A stretch of DNA of 12,283 bases from contig JAEOTQ010000077.1 in the NCBI GenBank assembly GCA_016839785.1, forward strand, positions 1 through 12,283. Direction: 5' to 3'. Both the position numbers and the translations under genes were made by a program. The stretch comes from Candidatus Hodarchaeota archaeon (GTDB taxonomy: Archaea; Asgardarchaeota; Heimdallarchaeia; Hodarchaeales; Hodarchaeaceae). Each line of letters opens with the position of its first letter. Position 1 is the first letter of the stretch. The notes under the pieces were generated by a model. It was not told the DNA's origin. It saw only the letters and a program-made list of their open reading frames with translations, and ran no database searches. Shown piece by piece: positions 5,743-12,283 of this stretch.

Positions 5743-8157
5743 TTAGCTCCATTTTAGTACTAACCGACCTTCTGCACGGGACATGATATCATCTCTATTC
5801 CAGAGCATTGGATGATATTCCCCATTATACCAAATAGGTATCAAATCGTCGTAATGCTTACTGGCTAAATGCCCAGATTGCCCTGGAGCATAAATCATTA
5901 ATGATTTTGAAAAATCGTTCATATCAATAATTTGTCTGTGGGATGGAGCCCATGCATTCACATCGTATGGGTCATCTGCATGGATAGCTGTTTGACATAG
6001 AGTATCCGTATCTCCGCCAATTGGTATATTGCCCCTGTTAAAGACTTGATCTAGGGGTTTCTTCAAGCCCATTGCATGTGGGAAGTGAATTTTGTGTAGT
6101 TTTCCCCACTGCCACCCTGTAGGTTTCTTACCATATGAGTTGGTTAACCACTCGACAGATTTTTTCAAATTCCGAATGATTATTTCTTGAACTCCCCCAG
6201 CTTCCTGAATCCACCAAGAATCTGGTGTATTTAGTAATCGTAAGATAGTATAGGTATCGTGACCATAAAATTCATTAGCATGATATAAAACTGGATTAAA
6301 ACCTTTTCCCATAATGTCTAGCACTAAATTCTCGCTTAATCCACAGCTAAGAATATCCCGAACCATATTATATCTTAGAACCTCGTAGATAGTACCTCCA
6401 ATCGATTCAGTTGATAATACTCCATTCCATTCTAATAAAAGCTGCAACGCTACTTCTGCATTTTTATTATTTGGAATTACTATCTTTAAATCTCTTATAT
6501 AGTCCACGAATTGCTGGCCAGGTAAACAGGTTACATCCATCTGCATTGATTTAAAGTCTTGAACAGATAATTTCCCTCCCTTTTCTGTAAGAAGTTGTTC
6601 GAAACGCTTCGCTCGCGCTCCGTTCATCCATACCTCGCCCAAAAAATAGGGAAAATCATCAGGAACTATTTTATGGTTACAATTAATTATATAACCCTGT
6701 TTCGGATTTAGAGCATGAGGCATTGATTCAAAAGGTACTTCTCCCTGCCACTCGTTAGAATCATTCCAGCCGGGAACAGGTATATTCCCCTTATGCCCAC
6801 TTGCTCTTATAGGAACTTTACCTGTTACCCAATAACCGATATTATTATTCACATCTGCGTAAGACATGTTTAATTGTGTGGCATCAATGAGTTGCATAGC
6901 TTCTACAAATTCATTCCAATTAGAGGCTTTGTTTAATAAGAAATAACCCTGTAATGATTGACTGGGTTTTAATGCCATTGAATTAACAGCAATACGTATT
7001 TTCGTCCCCTCGATTACATCGCTTATTATAGGTCCATGCCGAGTAATCATCACTCTTTCTATAATTGGTTCTTCTTTTCCTTTAATGATAATCTTTTCCT
7101 CAATCAGCTCTGCATCCATAAATTCTCCATTGACTTCATACTGTTTGGGATCAGTTTCATTCATTTTTTCAATAAACAAATCTTCTGCATCAGTGAATGC
7201 TAAGGTACTTCCCCAAGCAATATGTTGATTGTGGCCTACGAGAATTAAAGGCACTCCACTTAACGAAACACCAGACACATTAAATTCAGATCCAACCAAA
7301 TGTGTTTCGTACCATATACTCGGAAGCATTAAAGATAAATGCATATCATTGCATAAATAAGTGTGTCCAGACGTGCTTCGCTCTGGAGAGATCACCCAAG
7401 TATTACTGCCTTGTCCTCGTGATAGGAAGGGACCACGAGACCCTGAAAGAATTCCGTCTTTACTCAATACATTAAATTCTATTCCATTAGGTAACGTGAT
7501 CGGGTGAGTATCGGGAAATTCAATCTCCAATTCTGCTGCGTGCTCATACCCAACTTCCTCGATAATTTTTGACCTGACTAATTCCCCAAACCAAGCATGG
7601 GATAATTGCCAAAGCATTACACGAGTAAAAGCACAACAGTCCTGTGGAGTCCATTCTTCTGGTTTATGTCGAATTAGAGTAAACTCGATAGGTAATTTCG
7701 CCTTTTTGTGTTGTAAAAAAGCATTGACACCATCTACATATGCTTGTATACATTCTTTTACATCCTCTGAGGCGTTTTCCCAATCCGTCTTACCTAACCT
7801 GGCAAAGCCGAAAGTTCGAGCAGCGCGATCTGTGTCAATTGCAATTTCACCAAAAATTTCACTCAAAGTTCCATTGGCCGTTCTTCTGTTAAGTTCCATC
7901 TGCCATAATCGGTCCTGTGCCTGAACAAATCCCTGAGCAAAAAACAAATCATGTGTATGATCAGCAAATATGTGAGGAATTCCCCATTTATCGCGAATGA
8001 TTTCAACTGATTTCCCTCTTAGACCTTCTATTTCTATCTCTCCATCAGTAATGGGTAATCGTCGTTTGCTTATCTGCGTTAATACAAAGCGCATCGTCTT
8101 GCCTATAACCAATAAAATTCGTCTCCTCGATATGAAAGTTTTTTGAAATTGTTTCAT
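5743..8157 (-). CDS. Penicillin acylase family protein (Ntn-hydrolase, peptidase S45)
   Basis: IIRDKWGIPHIFA, FAQGFVQAQDRLWQMELNRR, autoprocessing site GQG|SNTWVIS (Ser codon 7407-7405), NDMHL, PSIWYETHL, GHNQHIAWG, TRHGPII, YADVNNNIGY, WQWGKLH and PGQSGHLASKHYDD. The start may instead be TTG 8112 (GAGGAG 10 nt upstream) or ATG 8094. Confidence 0.95.
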   Translation of the reverse strand: MKQFQKTFISRRRILLVIGKTMRFVLTQISKRRLPITDGEIEIEGLRGKSVEIIRDKWGIPHIFADHTHDLFFAQGFVQAQDRLWQMELNRRTANGTLSEIFGEIAIDTDRAARTFGFARLGKTDWENASEDVKECIQAYVDGVNAFLQHKKAKLPIEFTLIRHKPEEWTPQDCCAFTRVMLWQLSHAWFGELVRSKIIEEVGYEHAAELEIEFPDTHPITLPNGIEFNVLSKDGILSGSRGPFLSRGQGSNTWVISPERSTSGHTYLCNDMHLSLMLPSIWYETHLVGSEFNVSGVSLSGVPLILVGHNQHIAWGSTLAFTDAEDLFIEKMNETDPKQYEVNGEFMDAELIEEKIIIKGKEEPIIERVMITRHGPIISDVIEGTKIRIAVNSMALKPSQSLQGYFLLNKASNWNEFVEAMQLIDATQLNMSYADVNNNIGYWVTGKVPIRASGHKGNIPVPGWNDSNEWQGEVPFESMPHALNPKQGYIINCNHKIVPDDFPYFLGEVWMNGARAKRFEQLLTEKGGKLSVQDFKSMQMDVTCLPGQQFVDYIRDLKIVIPNNKNAEVALQLLLEWNGVLSTESIGGTIYEVLRYNMVRDILSCGLSENLVLDIMGKGFNPVLYHANEFYGHDTYTILRLLNTPDSWWIQEAGGVQEIIIRNLKKSVEWLTNSYGKKPTGWQWGKLHKIHFPHAMGLKKPLDQVFNRGNIPIGGDTDTLCQTAIHADDPYDVNAWAPSHRQIIDMNDFSKSLMIYAPGQSGHLASKHYDDLIPIWYNGEYHPMLWNRDDIMSRAEGRLVLKWS

Positions 8158-8406
8158 TAAACGAATATGTAGGAATTCTTAAACTTTTAGGATAGATTAG
8201 TAATTAAGATTTGAAATCAAATTTCTCTTCCCAAGAGATATCATTGGCACAAATATTGAATTCGGATTACGAGTTGATAAAATAAAAGGGGCTTTTTTAG
8301 TTTGATTTCCGTCTACAAGACTTTTTTATTTCCAAATTGACCCCTTTAAAACGACCTTAAACTTCTGCAAATTGGCAATATTTAGTCAAAATGGTTTCTA
8401 GGATAA

Positions 8407-8428
8407 AGGAAGAGTATTAGGAAGAGTA
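8407..8428 (+). repeat. Tandem 10-bp direct repeat AGGAAGAGTA x2 (12-bp period)
   Basis: Exact copies at 8407-8416 and 8419-8428, separated by TT, upstream of the uvrA TATA box. Confidence 0.85.
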
Positions 8429-8482
8429 AAGTGGAAACTAAGTCTATTTCTATTCCCTAAACCGTTTGCCAAATTCTATGAC

Positions 8483-8490
8483 TATAAATA
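8483..8490 (+). promoter_or_regulatory. Putative TATA box of uvrA (leaderless or near-leaderless transcript)
   Basis: TATAAATA ends 24 nt before ATG 8515, and there is no clear SD before the ATG. Confidence 0.55.
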
Positions 8491-8514
8491 AGCTTTCTGG
8501 GAAGATTACAAATA

Positions 8515-11415
8515 ATGGTTTCTAGCAAGAAAGAGGTAATCTCGGTTCAAAATGCTCGTGTACATAATCTCCGTAACCTATCTGTAGAAATCCCTCACGA
8601 TAAATTTGTTGTCATCACAGGCGTTTCAGGTAGTGGGAAGTCAAGTTTAGCATTTGATGTAATCTTTGCAGAAGGTCAAAGACGCTACGTCGAATCTTTG
8701 TCTGCCTATGCGCGACAATTCCTTGGTCGAATGCAAAAACCTGATGTTGATCTTATAGAAGGTTTGAGTCCAGCGGTTAGCATTGAACAGAAAACAACGA
8801 GTAAGAATCCCCGTTCAACGGTGGGAACTCAAACAGAAATCTATGATTATCTTCGTCTTCTTTATGCAAATGTTGGAATCCCTCATTGTACATCTTGCAG
8901 AAAAGAACTTAAAATTCAAACCCCTCAGTCTATTGCTAGAACACTTCGGTCATGGGAAGATGGTACACGCATTAAAATATTAGCTCCAATTATAAGAGGG
9001 AAGAAAGGAACTCATCATACGCAGTGGGACCGTTTAACAGAAATGGGTTATGCACGAGTGCGTGTAGACAAAGAGGAATACGAACTCGCTGACCCACCAA
9101 AGCTAGATCGTTATAAAATTCATACTATTGAAGTAGTTATTGACCGATTGGTAATTAATGCTCAACTTGCTAAGTCACGTCTCATAGAGGCAATTGAACA
9201 GGCCTTAGCACTTGGAGAAGGGATAATTATTGTTACAAAGATAGAGAATGGCACTAAAAATGAGAATGATAATTTATTCTCCGAAAATTATGCTTGTGCA
9301 GATTGCTCTTTATCATTTGAAGAGTTGAAACCAAGAAATTTCAGTTTTAACTCCCCATGGGGAAGTTGTCCAGATTGTCAAGGATTAGGCAAGACCCTTA
9401 AAATCGATCCTGATTTAATCATAACGAACTATGATCTTACATTTCGTAACGGTGGAGTCATGGATAAAGCATTGGAACCAGGGACATGGAGGTATTCATA
9501 TTACACAGCTCTTGACAAAGCGTGGGATGATTTTTCTGTTGATACACCCCTGAAAGATCTTTCTGATGAAGTAATTAACCGCCTTCTACATGGTTCCGAA
9601 GAAAACATCAGTGTAGTTTTTGAATCAGAGAAAACCCGATGGGAATCAAAAAAGCATCACCATGAAGGGATTGTAAACACCTTGTGGCGAAGGTACCGTG
9701 AAACAAAATCCGACTATTCAAGGAGATATTACGAAAGTTTCATGCGAAAAGACCACTGTGAAACATGCCAGGGAAGTCGTCTTAAACCATCAAGTCTTGC
9801 AGTAACTATCAAAGATAAGAATATTGTTGATATAAGCAATAGTACAATTGAGCAATGTTTGGCTTGGATTGCGGAAACGAGGAACAGTTTGTCCAAAACC
9901 CATCAAAAAATTGCCTCCAATATTCTGCGAGAAATCGAGAATAGATTGAATTTTCTCATTTCTGTGGGTTTACCGTATCTTACATTAGATAGAGCTTCAA
10001 TGACCTTATCAGGGGGAGAATCACAACGTATAAGATTAGCAACGCAAATTGGTTCTGCATTGGTAGGAGTTACTTACGTGTTAGATGAACCCAGCATCGG
10101 TCTTCATTCACGAGACCAAAATAAATTGCTAATCTCGTTGAAAAATTTACGTGCAATTGGCAATACTGTCATTGCAGTTGAACATGATCATCAGACAATT
10201 CTCTCAGCCGACCACATTATTGATCTTGGTCCTGGCCCAGGCATTCATGGTGGAACTCTTGTTGCGCAAGGTACACCTGAGATGATAATGAGCACTTCAG
10301 AATCATTAACAGGTGCTTATCTCTCTGGAAAAAAATTCATTCCTATTCCTAAAGCAAGAACAAACGGAAATGGTAATAAAATTTCGATACTTGGTGCAAC
10401 AGAAAATAATCTGAAAAATATCACCGTTGATTTTCCTCTTGGAAGATTCATCTGCCTAACAGGCGTCTCAGGATCAGGAAAGTCGACTTTGATGAATGAA
10501 ACCCTCTATAAAGGCCTAATGAAATACTTACACGGATCAAAGGCAAGAGTTGGGAAACATGCAAAATTTGTTGGACTAGAGAACGTTGATAAAGTGATAA
10601 ACATTGATCAGAGTCCTATTGGAAGAACCCCAAGGAGTAATCCAGCTACATATACAGGCGTTTGGGATCATATCAGACAATTATTCACTCAGGTTAATGA
10701 AGCAAAATTACGTGGGTATAAACCTGGTCGTTTTTCGTTCAATGTGAAAGGAGGCAGGTGTGAAACCTGTCACGGAGGTGGCCAAATCAAAATAGAATTG
10801 TCGTTTTTACCAGATGTTTGGATTACTTGTGAGGACTGTAAAGGAAAACGATACAATTCTGAAACTCTTGAAATTCGTTTCAAAGGAAAAAACATTTCTG
10901 ATATCCTCACCTTAACTGTTGAGGAAGGATTGGAGTTCTTTACAAATATTCCACCTATTAAGAAGAAATTGCAAACAATAGTTGATGTAGGTCTTGGTTA
11001 CATACAGATAGGTCAAGCTGCGACCACTTTATCTGGGGGTGAAGCCCAACGGGTGAAATTAGCCAAAGAACTATCCAAAAAGTCGACTGGAAAGACATTC
11101 TACATTCTAGATGAACCGACTACTGGCCTCTCAACTCATGATATTTCCTTTCTCCTTACTGTCCTCCAAAGACTTGTTAAAGAGGGAAATACTGTTGTGG
11201 TAATAGAACACAATCTTGATGTGATTAAGACTTGCGATTGGATCATAGAACTCGGGCCTGAGGGTGGTGATAAAGGGGGATTGGTACTCGCAACGGGTAC
11301 CCCTGAAAAAATCTCTCATATTGAATGTCCTACAGGGTTATTTCTACGAGAAATTCTTGAGGAATATTCTACGAGTACTTCACCAAAGTCTAATCTAATT
11401 AAGACAACGGAATAG
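8515..11415 (+). CDS. uvrA: Excinuclease ABC subunit A (UvrA), full length
   Basis: 966 aa. Two Walker A motifs (GVSGSGKS), two LSGGE signatures, Walker B LDEPS/LDEPT, AEGQRRYVESLSAYARQFL, IDQSPIGRTPRSNPATY and FSFNVKGGRCETC. Six CxxC zinc-ligand pairs. UvrB-binding and insertion regions are present. Confidence 0.98.
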   Translation: MVSSKKEVISVQNARVHNLRNLSVEIPHDKFVVITGVSGSGKSSLAFDVIFAEGQRRYVESLSAYARQFLGRMQKPDVDLIEGLSPAVSIEQKTTSKNPRSTVGTQTEIYDYLRLLYANVGIPHCTSCRKELKIQTPQSIARTLRSWEDGTRIKILAPIIRGKKGTHHTQWDRLTEMGYARVRVDKEEYELADPPKLDRYKIHTIEVVIDRLVINAQLAKSRLIEAIEQALALGEGIIIVTKIENGTKNENDNLFSENYACADCSLSFEELKPRNFSFNSPWGSCPDCQGLGKTLKIDPDLIITNYDLTFRNGGVMDKALEPGTWRYSYYTALDKAWDDFSVDTPLKDLSDEVINRLLHGSEENISVVFESEKTRWESKKHHHEGIVNTLWRRYRETKSDYSRRYYESFMRKDHCETCQGSRLKPSSLAVTIKDKNIVDISNSTIEQCLAWIAETRNSLSKTHQKIASNILREIENRLNFLISVGLPYLTLDRASMTLSGGESQRIRLATQIGSALVGVTYVLDEPSIGLHSRDQNKLLISLKNLRAIGNTVIAVEHDHQTILSADHIIDLGPGPGIHGGTLVAQGTPEMIMSTSESLTGAYLSGKKFIPIPKARTNGNGNKISILGATENNLKNITVDFPLGRFICLTGVSGSGKSTLMNETLYKGLMKYLHGSKARVGKHAKFVGLENVDKVINIDQSPIGRTPRSNPATYTGVWDHIRQLFTQVNEAKLRGYKPGRFSFNVKGGRCETCHGGGQIKIELSFLPDVWITCEDCKGKRYNSETLEIRFKGKNISDILTLTVEEGLEFFTNIPPIKKKLQTIVDVGLGYIQIGQAATTLSGGEAQRVKLAKELSKKSTGKTFYILDEPTTGLSTHDISFLLTVLQRLVKEGNTVVVIEHNLDVIKTCDWIIELGPEGGDKGGLVLATGTPEKISHIECPTGLFLREILEEYSTSTSPKSNLIKTTE

Positions 11416-11552
11416 TGTTACTGTATCTCTTTTACTAATTAAACGTCACCTTAAGCTTTATTTCGATTTTTTGATCATTTTCATACACAAGCGTTTTTAT
11501 GGATTGATGAAATTAATTGTAATCAGTGGATGTAAATTAGGTTCGTATAACA

Positions 11553-12283
11553 ATGACTCAAGAAGATCCCACAAAGTTATTCGAGGAGACAGGTATACTA
11601 ACGATTGAAGATATAAAACGATTAACAAAGCTTGTTTTCATACCTTCTGGATATATAGTCCAATTGAAAGATATCGACAACAATATATTGTGGGAGGACA
11701 CTCAAACTGTCAAACTTCGTGGATCCCAGATAGGTAATAAGTGTTACAAAGTCAACTTCGGGAGAGACTACCCTTGCCCTCATTGTACCGCATTGAGTAG
11801 TATAGAAGGAATGACTCCACAAATAAAAGAGGATAGAAGTATCGTTGATGGAAAATGGTACCGAATCATTGCCCTTCCAATAATCTACAAAGGAAAAGTT
11901 GCAGCAATTGAGCTCATTCAAGATATCACAACAGAAAAGCATCAGAGACAAATTTTTGATTCCTTGCTATCAACAGATTCTTTGGTGTTAAATATTGTGA
12001 GACACGATGTTCCTAATTACTTGAATATCATTAATATGGCTTTAGAAACTTTAAAAATGACAGATAATTTAGGAGAAGAAGAAAAAACGTATTTAAACAT
12101 CGCACAAGCTAATGCATCCCATACAATATCCATCTTGGAAGAATTACGGGATTTAAGCAGACTTGAAGACCCCTTAACAAATTTGGAACATGTAGATGTA
12201 GTCTCAGTTCTAGAAAACTGTATTTCTGAAGTTTCAACTATGTTTCCAGATAAGAATTTACAAACAAAAATCGATGTAAGGAT
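11553..12283 (+). CDS. PAS-domain sensor histidine kinase (partial, runs off the window end)
   Basis: Manual translation is open from ATG 11553 to the window end: MTQEDPTKLFEETG...GSQIGNKCYKVNFGRDYPCPHC...GKWYRIIALPIIYKGKVAAIELIQDITTEK...LNIVRHDVPNYLNII...ILEELRDLSRLE...VDVVSVLENCISEV. Contains the PAS/PAC-terminal DIT motif, H-box RHD (His codon 12003-12005) and a HisKA second helix ending DLSRLE. Confidence 0.9.
   Translation, partial: MTQEDPTKLFEETGILTIEDIKRLTKLVFIPSGYIVQLKDIDNNILWEDTQTVKLRGSQIGNKCYKVNFGRDYPCPHCTALSSIEGMTPQIKEDRSIVDGKWYRIIALPIIYKGKVAAIELIQDITTEKHQRQIFDSLLSTDSLVLNIVRHDVPNYLNIINMALETLKMTDNLGEEEKTYLNIAQANASHTISILEELRDLSRLEDPLTNLEHVDVVSVLENCISEVSTMFPDKNLQTKIDVR

Noticed and set aside
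8285-8472. 7-bp inverted pairs AAAGGGG/CCCCTTT (8285-8291, 8341-8347) and TTGGCAA/TTGCCAA (8372-8378, 8466-8472) as MITE ends
   Set aside because: Too short, with no matching target-site duplications and no transposase nearby.
4971-11319. Nested short ORFs 4971-5192 (-), 7706-7924 (+), 8783-8983 (+) and 11131-11319 (-)
   Set aside because: Embedded in longer, better-supported genes with no independent signals.
8121-11590. TCGAGGAGAC present at 8130-8121 (-) and 11581-11590 (+)
   Set aside because: The second copy lies inside the kinase coding frame (F-E-E-T), and a single 10-mer match within 12 kb is expected by chance.
11622-11951. 109-aa minus-strand ORF from the track
   Set aside because: Antisense shadow of the plus-strand PAS/HisKA kinase, which has clear motifs and was omitted from the track only because it has no stop in the window.

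Overview
AT-rich, gene-dense prokaryotic window. It is probably archaeal, inferred from BRE/TATA-type promoters, apparent leaderless starts, frequent TTG/GTG starts and an RHD-type kinase H-box; an Asgard-like lineage is plausible but unproven. Gene order: acyl-CoA dehydrogenase (+); 2-TM small membrane protein (+); a probable operon of fdrA (AllF-like), a 57-aa split-off FdrA C-terminal peptide missed by the ORF track, a DUF1116/YlbE (AllG-like) gene and a 3-TM hypothetical (+); a probably truncated ABC-exporter N-terminus (-); a penicillin-acylase-family Ntn hydrolase (-); a 357-bp divergent intergenic region rich in short repeats; uvrA (+); and a Cys-motif PAS/HisKA sensor kinase that runs off the right end (+, absent from the ORF track). 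The most interesting element is the split FdrA/DUF1116 module. It lacks adjacent DUF2877 and carbamate kinase genes and is flanked instead by an amidase and an acyl-CoA dehydrogenase. No rRNA, tRNA, CRISPR array or transposase was seen.
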